From contig JBALDB010000009.1 in the NCBI GenBank assembly GCA_036918135.1, positions 32,001 to 96,000 of the forward strand: a DNA stretch of 64,000 bases, read 5' to 3'. Shown in pieces: positions 8,542-17,361 of this stretch. The stretch's first letter is position 1; every line of letters starts with the position of its first letter. The translations under genes and the position numbers were made by a program. Source of the DNA: Nostoc sp. (GTDB lineage Bacteria > Cyanobacteriota > Cyanobacteriia > Cyanobacteriales > Nostocaceae). Under the pieces are notes generated by a model. The model made no database searches. It saw nothing but the letters and a program-made list of their open reading frames with translations, and was not told the DNA's origin.

Positions 8542-9585
8542 ATGAATATGCAACTAAACTTGTTCGCCTCACATCGAGGTGATGAAAACTTGCTTGAGAG
8601 CGTGACGCCTCCCAAAAAGCCAGTCACGCAATCTGACTTAAATCTGGCACAACGGTTTCGAGAGATGGCTGATGCGATGCAAGTCTCCATTGACCAGAGG
8701 CTCAATCCCTCAATTTTAAGTGGCGATTTAACTGCCAGAAAACTAAGGGTTGGGCAAGCTATAGAACGCGAGGGAGAACAACTAGAGGAGGTTCAACAAT
8801 GTCTGCGTCTCGTGGCTGCTGGCTTAGAAAACGGTTCTCTACCCCTAATCTTGACGCAAATTAAAACCCGTACTTTGGTCGAGCAAATTTACAAGGGGCA
8901 TACATACCCTCAAGACCGACTGATGGCAGCAGGACTTACCCCCGAACGATTCCAGCTAGCCCGCAATGCTTTACTAGAGATGTTAAAAGCAAATCCTGTA
9001 GTCATTACCCCTGAGCGCCAAAAGCAACGCCAATTGCGACGATTGCAGCAGTGGGCGGCGGTATCGAATATTCCCGGTTATTTTCCTACACCACCTGATG
9101 TCATCAATTTGATGGTAGAAAAGCTCAAGCTCGCCCCAGGGATGAAAGTGCTAGAGCCTTCAGCAGGTTCGGGACACATTGCCGATGCTTTATCGAAGCT
9201 TGGTTGTGAGGTTGATTGCGTGGAAATTCAACCCGATTTAGCGCAGCTTTTGGGCTTGAAGGGATTTAAAGTTTATAGCCAAGATTTTTTGACCTTCCGC
9301 AGAACCTATTCCCGGATTGCAATGAACCCTGACTTTAAACGCAATGGAGATGCAATTCACATCCGCCATGCTTACGACCGCTGCCTGAGCGAAGGCGGCA
9401 TTTTAGTGGCGATCGCATCTAGTGGAATATTTGACCGCTCTGGAAGGGTTGAATCCGATTTCCGCGATTGGTTTTACAGCGTCGGTGGTACTGCTAAATC
9501 TCTCCCAAACGACGCCTTTAAAAAGGGCGATCGCCCTACAGGAGTTTCTACCAAATTACTCACTTTACGTAAATGTGATGGATGA
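8542..9585 (+). CDS. N6-adenine DNA methyltransferase-like protein with N-terminal QLNLF clamp-binding motif
   Basis: GYFPTP, VLEPSAGSG (motif I), VEIQ, QDFL, MNPDF (motif IV variant), GGILVAI, F...TGVSTKL. Confidence 0.8.
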   Translation: MNMQLNLFASHRGDENLLESVTPPKKPVTQSDLNLAQRFREMADAMQVSIDQRLNPSILSGDLTARKLRVGQAIEREGEQLEEVQQCLRLVAAGLENGSLPLILTQIKTRTLVEQIYKGHTYPQDRLMAAGLTPERFQLARNALLEMLKANPVVITPERQKQRQLRRLQQWAAVSNIPGYFPTPPDVINLMVEKLKLAPGMKVLEPSAGSGHIADALSKLGCEVDCVEIQPDLAQLLGLKGFKVYSQDFLTFRRTYSRIAMNPDFKRNGDAIHIRHAYDRCLSEGGILVAIASSGIFDRSGRVESDFRDWFYSVGGTAKSLPNDAFKKGDRPTGVSTKLLTLRKCDG

Positions 9586-9994
9586 ACCTGAATTAGCCAA
9601 ATCTTATGAATTCTCCAACTGCCCAATAACTGTAAACTTGCAAATCTTCCCTGAAGATGGCTCCCCTGAAGGACGGCAGATTTTGATAGGTATTCGCAAT
9701 CATCAAGATCCCCCTATTTTTAAAAGCCATCGCTTAAATGATTTTGCTGACATTCCACAATTACTTAATGAATTGTTCGTACAACTTCAAGCCGAATTGC
9801 CAGCAAGATTGGTTGCAGCAATTGAGCGCGAACAGCAGATAGAGCCTTTACCGAAAGATAAAGATTCTGCTGAGAAACCAAAAACTAAATCTCAAAAATT
9901 AAAGCCCAAACTCTTACTGCCAAATATAGAAGTGCAGCCACAGTCTGTAGAGTCAGACGTAGAGCAAACGACACTAAATCTTTTCGAGGAATAA
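9578..9994 (+). CDS. PRTRC protein E-position hypothetical with C-terminal TLNLF motif
   Basis: ATG 9578 overlaps the MTase end; low-complexity tail ending QTTLNLFEE; first gene of the cassette. Confidence 0.55.
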   Translation: MDEPELAKSYEFSNCPITVNLQIFPEDGSPEGRQILIGIRNHQDPPIFKSHRLNDFADIPQLLNELFVQLQAELPARLVAAIEREQQIEPLPKDKDSAEKPKTKSQKLKPKLLLPNIEVQPQSVESDVEQTTLNLFEE

Positions 9995-9999
9995 AACCA

Positions 10000-10434
10000 A
10001 TGGCAATTATTAAGGTTGACGGACAAGATATCAGAATTGATGATGCGATCGCTCAAAACGACCAAGATTTAAAAAAAGTGATTGTGCCATTTTATCCCCA
10101 GTTAGCTAATGCTGAAATTAAGCGGGAAACCACTGCTGAAGGTCTACTTATTGTGAGAATGATTAAGCAAGCAGGATTTAAAGGGAATGCTGTATTTGAG
10201 TCGCTAAAAAATGCACCTTCACAATTTAACCCGGCAATTGATTTAGCCTGGAGATGCAAGCAAGTATTTTTTACCAATTCTCCAGTCGAACTCAAAGACG
10301 TTATCGATTTACAGCCGCAGATTGAATCGGCATTGAGTTGTGGAAATAAAGAAAATAATGAAATCTGCCGCAGCCTAGATTTTTTGACCCATTGCCCAGG
10401 CGAAGCTAGTAATACCCCAATCGCAGGATTCTGA
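10000..10434 (+). CDS. Ubiquitin-like protein (PRTRC protein C-like) with C-terminal extension
   Basis: ...PFYPQLANAEI...IKQAGFKG (G62) resembles the PRTRC-C YPEL..A...GxKG end, followed by 82 more aa. Confidence 0.7.
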   Translation: MAIIKVDGQDIRIDDAIAQNDQDLKKVIVPFYPQLANAEIKRETTAEGLLIVRMIKQAGFKGNAVFESLKNAPSQFNPAIDLAWRCKQVFFTNSPVELKDVIDLQPQIESALSCGNKENNEICRSLDFLTHCPGEASNTPIAGF

Positions 10435-11213
10435 TGTATTACGAATACACAACTAAGCTGCATCATTTAATCTTGCCTAACAATATAGGCGATGCAGTTT
10501 CTTTTCTCAATAGACTAGATTGGTTAATTAATCTGCACAAGATTTATCAGCATTTTTTCCCTGAAGAATACGCGGCAGATACTTGTGAATGGGCAGCAGA
10601 CAGTAACTTAATCAATGACATAGTGAGCCAATGGGAACTCAATTTATTTCGGCTAATCGATTCTAATTTGTTTTCCTTGCCACAGACGATGTTAGATGGA
10701 GAGGAACCATATCAAATGATTCCTGTTTGGCCAATTTTCTCGGAGTGGTGGAATTCTGATGTAGAGGATTTACCAATATCCTTTCAATTGGTTCTATCCC
10801 TTTCGGGTAATATTGACCCGCCAGTCTTGATGGAAGGTATTTTCCGCGAATCAGAAAATGGAGAATTCGACCTAGAAAAACTCAAGGCTTTGTGCGAAAA
10901 AGTTGAATATCCTCTTTCAGTATTACCCGAAGTCGTAGAGGTATTAGATAACTTTACAAACAACGTTTGGCTCGATTCGACTATAGAGTATTATCCAGAG
11001 TTTGACTGGACTATCGAACAAATAGAAATGCTCAGAGACCATTGGCTAGAAGCTCACACAATTTGTTCTAAAATAGCTGATTTGGATGATTGGCTAGATG
11101 TTGCAGAAAATGTGCTCTTAGCCGTCAATATCTTTCAAGGAGGCTACCAGACTAATACCGAAACCTATAACTCACAGCCTTTACAAACGGTTCTAAGCCC
11201 TTATCTTGAGTAA
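10434..11213 (+). CDS. PRTRC protein F-position acidic protein
   Basis: Between Ubl and E2, translationally coupled (TGATG); acidic and Trp-rich. Confidence 0.55.
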   Translation: MYYEYTTKLHHLILPNNIGDAVSFLNRLDWLINLHKIYQHFFPEEYAADTCEWAADSNLINDIVSQWELNLFRLIDSNLFSLPQTMLDGEEPYQMIPVWPIFSEWWNSDVEDLPISFQLVLSLSGNIDPPVLMEGIFRESENGEFDLEKLKALCEKVEYPLSVLPEVVEVLDNFTNNVWLDSTIEYYPEFDWTIEQIEMLRDHWLEAHTICSKIADLDDWLDVAENVLLAVNIFQGGYQTNTETYNSQPLQTVLSPYLE

Positions 11214-11215
11214 CT

Positions 11216-11944
11216 ATGGACAACATAAAACCCGTACAATTTTTACCCGATTCGCTGTTTGAAAGTGCCGCTAATTACCTTGTAGAATCCTCAGCTAATT
11301 CGCCGCCAGCCTTAATATTTTTAGAAGGGCAATACGTGTTTCGCTGGTCACAAGCAGGGAAGATAAAAGCTAAATTAATTTCCAGTTCTTCGGTGCGGGC
11401 TGCCTTTGCCAACGAGCTAATTGACTCTGGTTGGTTGGGAGCTAGTATCGTGCGCTGCGGTGTTTGTAGAAAAGGTAACTGGAGCGTGCGCTTTGCGCCT
11501 CCTAGCAAGCTAAATTTGCTATTGCAATTAGCACAAGAGATTAAAGAAATTACCGTTCCCATGCCCGGGTTAGTATTTTTTGGAATTCATCAAACCTACT
11601 ACATTTGGGCAATTAAGGAAGCTAGTTTTAGCCCGACATCAATCTTGTACCATGCGCCATTACCCAACGTTAGCAGTGATAGGGGCGGAGGACAAATCTG
11701 CTTTGGTGATAATCCACTACCAGTTGCAACTGGCAGCGGTATAGATAAAGCTTGGCAAATATTTTGCAATACCCCTTTTACAGATCATTTGATTAAAGGG
11801 AAGTCAGCCAATTACGGCAAAGACATTCGCTCATTGTTGTTAGCGCTATCTAATAGCAATAAAAATAAATATCCAAGTAAAGAATTGGTTTCTATTTATG
11901 GAGACCAAACCGCTGAGAGATTAATTAATAGGTTCATAAGATGA
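11216..11944 (+). CDS. Prokaryotic E2 family D (PRTRC protein B)
   Basis: VPMPGLVF...WAIK...LYHAPLPNV...GQICFG (candidate catalytic Cys)...F.NTPFT. Confidence 0.85.
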   Translation: MDNIKPVQFLPDSLFESAANYLVESSANSPPALIFLEGQYVFRWSQAGKIKAKLISSSSVRAAFANELIDSGWLGASIVRCGVCRKGNWSVRFAPPSKLNLLLQLAQEIKEITVPMPGLVFFGIHQTYYIWAIKEASFSPTSILYHAPLPNVSSDRGGGQICFGDNPLPVATGSGIDKAWQIFCNTPFTDHLIKGKSANYGKDIRSLLLALSNSNKNKYPSKELVSIYGDQTAERLINRFIR

Positions 11945-12546
11945 ATTTAGTAAGTTACATAATCGCCACGACGCCCGATTTGCCACCAATAACTGCCCAA
12001 TTGTACGAATACATTTTTGCTGCTAATGGCGTTTTTATTCGAGGAAAACGCTCTGGTATAGAAGTTATGTGTCCGATTGGTGAATGTGAGATTCGTGGTT
12101 TAGCTGAGATTGAGGCTTATTTACGGTGGGAAGGAAAACAAATTCCTTTTTATTTCCTAAACCAAATGCTCCTTGATGCCCAAAGCACCCGTAATGAAGT
12201 GCTTTGGTATCTGTGGCAAGAAACCGATTGGATAATATCTAAACCGGAACAATTAGCCTCGCCGCATTCGGTTACTCCTGTATATCACAGCCTTGTGAAT
12301 ACAGATTATGAAAAGGCAATGGTCGAGGTTCATTCGCATGGAGATATGCGCCCATTTTTTTCTCAACAAGATGATGCTGACGAGCAAGGTTTTCGGTTTT
12401 ATGCGGTTTTGGGTTGTGTGAGGTCGCGCCCAGCAATTAGCATTCGCATTGGTTTAGCTGGCTATTTTTGTCCAATACCCGCGTACATGATTTTTGCAGA
12501 TTTTGACAGTGATTTGATTGAGGATACTTATGAACGAAGTTATTGA
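11941..12546 (+). CDS. JAB/MPN (JAMM) metalloprotease (PRTRC protein A)
   Basis: YEYIFAANGVF, NE, and intact HSH-x7-S-x2-D (HSHGDMRPFFSQQDD). Confidence 0.9.
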   Translation: MNLVSYIIATTPDLPPITAQLYEYIFAANGVFIRGKRSGIEVMCPIGECEIRGLAEIEAYLRWEGKQIPFYFLNQMLLDAQSTRNEVLWYLWQETDWIISKPEQLASPHSVTPVYHSLVNTDYEKAMVEVHSHGDMRPFFSQQDDADEQGFRFYAVLGCVRSRPAISIRIGLAGYFCPIPAYMIFADFDSDLIEDTYERSY

Positions 12547-13351
12547 TACTTCTTTTTTAGAGTCCACTTCCTTGCTCGTTCCCAGCTGGGAGAAGATTGA
12601 ATTTATGCTAGTGGGATGTGGTGGAACTGGAAGCCACTGTGCATATGCGATCGCTAGATTAATGTATGCGATTAATACTACTGGGAAAAAAGCTACTGCC
12701 ACTTTTATTGACTTCGATACAGTAGAAGAGAAAAACATCGCTCGACAGCTTTTTTGTCAGGCAGATTTAGGCAGACCAAAGGCAGAAGTTTTAGCACATC
12801 GCTTGAGCCTGAGTTTGGCACTGGATATTGCTGCTATCAACAAACCTTTCAACGTGGAAATGATTGGTGAAAAAGCAAGTATGAGCTTGGTTGTTATTGT
12901 CGGTTGTGTTGACAATCCGAAGGCTAGATTTGACATTGCTCAATCACTGGAATTAAATGTTCCAGGACAAGCCCATCGGGTTCTATGGCTTGATGGAGGT
13001 AACCACGAACAATCGGGACAAGTACTATTAGGCAATATAGCTAGAAGTGAGAATTTGAAGTACGCCTTCCCCGAACATTTAGATTTTTGTGTAGGCTTAC
13101 CCTCACCAGCTTTGATTCACCCCGAATTACTTTTACCTACTAAAAGCCATAAGAGTGAGAATTTAAGCTGTGCAGAATTAGCCCTAAAAAATACTCAGTC
13201 ATTGTCAATTAATTTTCACGTTGCTGCGGAAATTAATGACTATTTAAGAGGCATAGCTTTTGGTGGATTGCGTAAATTTGCCACCTATTTTGATTTACCG
13301 ACTGGTAGTTCTCGCTCGATTTACATTTCCAAAAGAAATATTTTGAAATAA
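12530..13351 (+). CDS. ThiF/E1-like adenylyltransferase (PRTRC ThiF)
   Basis: VGCGGTGS, DFDTVEEKNIARQ, GCVDN, WLDGGN...GQV, LSCAE (candidate catalytic Cys). Confidence 0.92.
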   Translation: MNEVIDTSFLESTSLLVPSWEKIEFMLVGCGGTGSHCAYAIARLMYAINTTGKKATATFIDFDTVEEKNIARQLFCQADLGRPKAEVLAHRLSLSLALDIAAINKPFNVEMIGEKASMSLVVIVGCVDNPKARFDIAQSLELNVPGQAHRVLWLDGGNHEQSGQVLLGNIARSENLKYAFPEHLDFCVGLPSPALIHPELLLPTKSHKSENLSCAELALKNTQSLSINFHVAAEINDYLRGIAFGGLRKFATYFDLPTGSSRSIYISKRNILK

Positions 13352-13396
13352 GTTATTTCTTTATTTCCTCAGTAATTATAGTGAGGGAATATCATA

Positions 13397-13436
13397 TAAA
13401 TCGTGCCAAATTATTAGTAGCCTTTGGCACGATTTA
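13397..13436. terminator. 14-bp perfect inverted repeat after the Ubl cassette
   Basis: TAAATCGTGCCAAA-12 nt-TTTGGCACGATTTA. Confidence 0.55.
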
Positions 13437-13444
13437 AATAAGTT

Positions 13445-13813
13445 ATGACAATAAATAAAGACTTACTAACTTCTGCCGACGATTCTCGAAATGCCGAAGA
13501 GAAGGTTTTAGAAGATTCTCAAAATATACAAAAGAAATATTCGGTTGAAGAAAGTCGTTGCCACCAGGGGATAACTTTATTTTTTGGTGCCAACAGAATT
13601 CACCTAGATCCTTTAGAAATATTATTCTTCTTTCTATTGGCATTGCCGATTGGCATCATGATTAGAGATGCACCAAACGCAACTTTTGAAGATGCCATGA
13701 AAGAAGTATTAACTGTGATTACTACAGCAACAGGAATTCGTAAATTTCCTACAGATAAAGCTTATCAGTATCTACTAAAAGTTTCTTTTGACCGCGACGA
13801 CAAAGATGAATAA
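13445..13813 (+). CDS. Small membrane protein
   Basis: Hydrophobic segment ILFFFLLALPIGIMI; charged C-terminus. Confidence 0.55.
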   Translation: MTINKDLLTSADDSRNAEEKVLEDSQNIQKKYSVEESRCHQGITLFFGANRIHLDPLEILFFFLLALPIGIMIRDAPNATFEDAMKEVLTVITTATGIRKFPTDKAYQYLLKVSFDRDDKDE

Positions 13814-13825
13814 TAATTTAAACCA

Positions 13826-14434
13826 GTGCTTGAGCAAGCCGCCCAATACCTTAATCAACTCGTCCTACAAATACTCCAAAGTTTGGGGATTATACGACCT
13901 AAAAAATATCGACCTCCAATCATCAAAAGCGAATATAAAAGCATCTTTTGCCGACTATTGTCCTTGGAAAGCAATACAGCAACAAACGTTGCTATCTGGC
14001 GGGCAATATTGCAATATACCCCTTATGACTTGTTATTTACCTGCGATAGACTCCAGCACTCCCCCACAAGAACTAAACAATTATCAAGAGTATCTGCGGG
14101 ACTTACTCGGCAACAGTTATTACCCATTGGAGACTTCCTTTTTGCAAAGCATCCGTTTGCAACTCATCAAATTGCCATTAACCGTATCAGCCGCTATCCC
14201 GTTAACAATCAAATTAAAGTTGAGTGCTTGGGTTTGTGGCACTTGGATTTGGTGGGAGTCACGGGAATTGCTTGGAGTGCAGGCGATCGCTTTGCTGTGG
14301 CTGTTATCAAATCGCTAGCATTTGATTTACTTAAAAATCACATTGACGACCTTGACTGGACTGAGCGAATTGACACTCATGCCAGGAAGTGCATTGGCGA
14401 TAATCATAATGCCATTGGGAAATTATTAATTTAA
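13826..14434 (+). CDS. Hypothetical protein
   Basis: 202-aa ORF; the overlapping 13788-14318 frame is the alternative. Confidence 0.5.
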   Translation: MLEQAAQYLNQLVLQILQSLGIIRPKKYRPPIIKSEYKSIFCRLLSLESNTATNVAIWRAILQYTPYDLLFTCDRLQHSPTRTKQLSRVSAGLTRQQLLPIGDFLFAKHPFATHQIAINRISRYPVNNQIKVECLGLWHLDLVGVTGIAWSAGDRFAVAVIKSLAFDLLKNHIDDLDWTERIDTHARKCIGDNHNAIGKLLI

Positions 14435-15975
14435 CCAAATTCGAGTTTCATATATTTTGCTACCCACTCTAAGTCTTTGCTAGAGCGCAGAGCTTGTCTT
14501 TGAAGATAGGCACGGTAAAGGTTTTTTTGATTATCAGACGGGTTAGCACCAAAAATAGCACCTTGAGTAATGTCTGATGTAGGAGTAACACTATACTTTT
14601 GATTGAACAAAACGATTGCATTACCGGGCGGCAGTTCTTTTTTGAAAGACCGCTGGGCCGCTTCACGATAAAAAGCAATTCTGGTATCTAATTCAATATT
14701 TTCTGATGGTACTCGCGTCGGTGCTAATGCAACCATTGAATGGTTGTAGTTCGCTTTTTTGACTTTTTGGGGAAACAAATAGGAACAGTGCGGGCAACTC
14801 ATAATTGACAAATGCAGTAATAGCCCACACCCTCCCTTTTCTCGGGGACAAGCTTTAATTGGTGCTGTACCTGGGGCGGATGCTTTATCTTTATCCAAGC
14901 TCACTTCCTGCTTGGAAGTAACAAACCCAAAACGATAAGCATTGCCAGCATAATCCAAGACGATGCAATATTCTTTGCCTGGATACTTCCTCGATCCTCT
15001 ACCAATTTGCTGTCGATATTTAATCCTCGACATAGTGGGACGAGCTTCAATAATGCAACCAACTGAAGGCTCGTTAAATCCTTTTTCTAACACGTCAACG
15101 CTAATTAATATTTGTGGATCTAATTTGCCGCCTTTAGCAAACCCAGCGTAAATTGGGGGACGCATTTGGCTTTCTACTCTGCCATCAACGCAAACAGCAT
15201 TGTACCCTTTAGCTTGAAATTTAGCTTGCAATCTGTCGGAATGCTCTAAAGAAACGGTATAAGCAATTGTTTTTTGAGAAGAAGCTTTTTGCTCCCACTC
15301 ATCAACAATTTGTTCGCAGGCTTTATCTGTGTTGACGATGACGCCTAAATCATCGGTATCATAATCACCTTTAGATTTCCGAACTTGGCTCAAATCGAGC
15401 TTTGGAAATCCAAAATATAAAAAAGGACACAGCCGCCCCATTTCAATTAACTCTGCCATCTGCGGAGCTTGGACGAGGCAATCATAAATTTCCCCTAATC
15501 CCTCTTTGGGGTTTGTGCGGTAGGGAGTAGCTGTTAATCCAATTACCACAGACCCCATTTGCCAATAGTACTCAAGTACTTTACGCCAAGTTGGTGAATA
15601 ACTAACATGAGCTTCGTCAGCAAACACGATTTCAGCTACAGGAAATTTGCGGTTGATTAAAGTATCAATGCCAGCAATTTGTAGCTTCTGGCTGCGGTCT
15701 TCCTTGCGACCAGCTTTAATGACACCACATTTTAAACCAAATTTATTAGCTGTTTTAATAGTCTGGTCAATCAGTGGTTCATCTGGTACTACAAACAGGC
15801 ACGGCATTCCAGCTTTAACAGCATAAGTTATTAACTCAACTGCGATCGTTGTTTTTCCTGCACCTGTTTCAGCATAAATCAATATTCGCTTTTGCTCTTT
15901 TTTGATGAGACTTAAAACTTCATCGACAACTTGCTTTTGGTCATCGTAAAGTATAGGCTTTTTCGTTGATTGCAT
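14431..15975 (-). CDS. SF2 DEAD/DEAH helicase (RadD/YejH-like) with C-terminal Zn finger
   Basis: ETGAGKT, DEAH, GLTATP, KGFNEP, QQIGRGSR, DYAGN, CP-x5-C...CPHC. Confidence 0.92.
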   Translation of the reverse strand: MQSTKKPILYDDQKQVVDEVLSLIKKEQKRILIYAETGAGKTTIAVELITYAVKAGMPCLFVVPDEPLIDQTIKTANKFGLKCGVIKAGRKEDRSQKLQIAGIDTLINRKFPVAEIVFADEAHVSYSPTWRKVLEYYWQMGSVVIGLTATPYRTNPKEGLGEIYDCLVQAPQMAELIEMGRLCPFLYFGFPKLDLSQVRKSKGDYDTDDLGVIVNTDKACEQIVDEWEQKASSQKTIAYTVSLEHSDRLQAKFQAKGYNAVCVDGRVESQMRPPIYAGFAKGGKLDPQILISVDVLEKGFNEPSVGCIIEARPTMSRIKYRQQIGRGSRKYPGKEYCIVLDYAGNAYRFGFVTSKQEVSLDKDKASAPGTAPIKACPREKGGCGLLLHLSIMSCPHCSYLFPQKVKKANYNHSMVALAPTRVPSENIELDTRIAFYREAAQRSFKKELPPGNAIVLFNQKYSVTPTSDITQGAIFGANPSDNQKNLYRAYLQRQALRSSKDLEWVAKYMKLEFG

Positions 15976-16072
15976 TTTGAAAAAACTTTGCTAATCAGTT
16001 TCCCCCCATCCTAAAAATTTGTTCAACTTGTCTGGATGAGCAAAATTACTGATTAATTATTCGATGAGAAAA

Positions 16073-16909
16073 TCAAACTTGTCTGCCTAGTGCTGTTTGC
16101 AGTGCTTGAACTGCATTGTAAAAAATCAAAGCTTCGGAAGATGATAGCCCGTAACCAAAACTATAAAACGCGCAAATCAAGTTACAAACACTACTAACAT
16201 TTTGACTGGCTGAGAAATTATAAGCAAAAATAAAATTCTCAATTGGAGATAAAGAATTTGTACTAAAACTAGTATCTGTGGCGACAGAACTGCCATTGTA
16301 GTATAAATTGCCATTGTTAGCGCCAACGGTGGAAACCATTAAATGTCCGGGATATACTACTCCGTTGGCGGAAACCACCATTTCACCAGCTCCCAAAGAC
16401 CCATTAATGGAAGTAGAATTTTTAGTTAGTGCAAAAACTCCCCCGTTTAAGCTCCCCAAATACCTGATACTTGTACTTCCTCCACTACCAAGCACTGCCA
16501 TGCTATTCCTTGAATATACGCTAAAGTGAGCATTCAAAGAAGTAGTGAGTTGATTCTTGGGGATGAACCCCGTCTTCAAATACTTTGTTCCAGAAGTATC
16601 CCCAGCTAATCCAGTACTTTCTGAGTAGTCACTAGATACAAACCCTACATTTGTAAGCGTAGATTGGATATTCGCGGGATACTTAAATTTGACAAATGCA
16701 GCATTGTAATCGCCTGCAAAAGTTCCTATTTCTGCATACTTGTCCCAAATATTATTAGCCTTTAAAGTATTGAGAAAAGTGCTATGAGCTTGCAGGCTAT
16801 TACTCGAAATAGTACCCCCAGCAGCAAGTATTCTATTGTAAAAGTTTACTATTTCTGGGTTAGAGCTAGACTTAATAATTTTTCCAGAATTATTTAATAG
16901 AAGCTTCAT
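16073..16909 (-). CDS. Putative virion/adhesin protein with lectin(LamG)-like C-terminus
   Basis: GLAGDTSGTKYLKTGF, LYYNG, ...GLSSSEALIFYNAVQALQTALGR; S/T/G/N-rich. Confidence 0.5.
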   Translation of the reverse strand: MKLLLNNSGKIIKSSSNPEIVNFYNRILAAGGTISSNSLQAHSTFLNTLKANNIWDKYAEIGTFAGDYNAAFVKFKYPANIQSTLTNVGFVSSDYSESTGLAGDTSGTKYLKTGFIPKNQLTTSLNAHFSVYSRNSMAVLGSGGSTSIRYLGSLNGGVFALTKNSTSINGSLGAGEMVVSANGVVYPGHLMVSTVGANNGNLYYNGSSVATDTSFSTNSLSPIENFIFAYNFSASQNVSSVCNLICAFYSFGYGLSSSEALIFYNAVQALQTALGRQV

Positions 16910-17361
16910 TAGTTCAGGGCACTCTGTACTAGCATCTCATTTACTGGATAAATGCCTAATTCTTCTGCCCTAGATACTCCATCAATTTGAGATTGCCAAT
17001 TAGGGTCTGGTTCGGTCTGCGCGAGTAAATTTATTAAATTAGTTTGGCTTGATAGCGAGATAAAGGTTTTAACCATTGCAAAATGAATTCCAATCTTTGG
17101 TCTATCGTTGTTGTTGACAGCAAGCTCGATTCTGTCAAGCAAACCTGGGTATTGAAAAGTTGCCAAACCTTCCGCAGGCGTTATCGCTTCAAATAAATTT
17201 TCCATGCTTAATTGTTTTGGCACTTGTCCCTGCGGTGCGGGATTACTAATTAAAGGTTTAGTATTCAATACACTTGCGATCGCCGGATAATTCTGTGCTG
17301 CAACTAAAGAAGCATATTGTCCAGATTGCAGCTCGGTTCTTAAGATATCTATGTCTGTCAT
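16909..17361 (-). CDS. Hypothetical protein (tail-fibre-associated position)
   Basis: Coupled to both neighbours. Confidence 0.6.
   Translation of the reverse strand: MTDIDILRTELQSGQYASLVAAQNYPAIASVLNTKPLISNPAPQGQVPKQLSMENLFEAITPAEGLATFQYPGLLDRIELAVNNNDRPKIGIHFAMVKTFISLSSQTNLINLLAQTEPDPNWQSQIDGVSRAEELGIYPVNEMLVQSALN

Noticed and set aside
11216..13351. CBASS/Bil/Bub anti-phage system or ThiF-ThiS sulfur relay
   Set aside because: No CD-NTase or effector and no ThiS/MoaD ending in GG; order and motifs fit PRTRC; thiC is 32 kb away and outside the element
13788..14318. Alternative 176-aa ORF
   Set aside because: Overlaps a longer same-strand ORF in another frame; cannot be fully excluded
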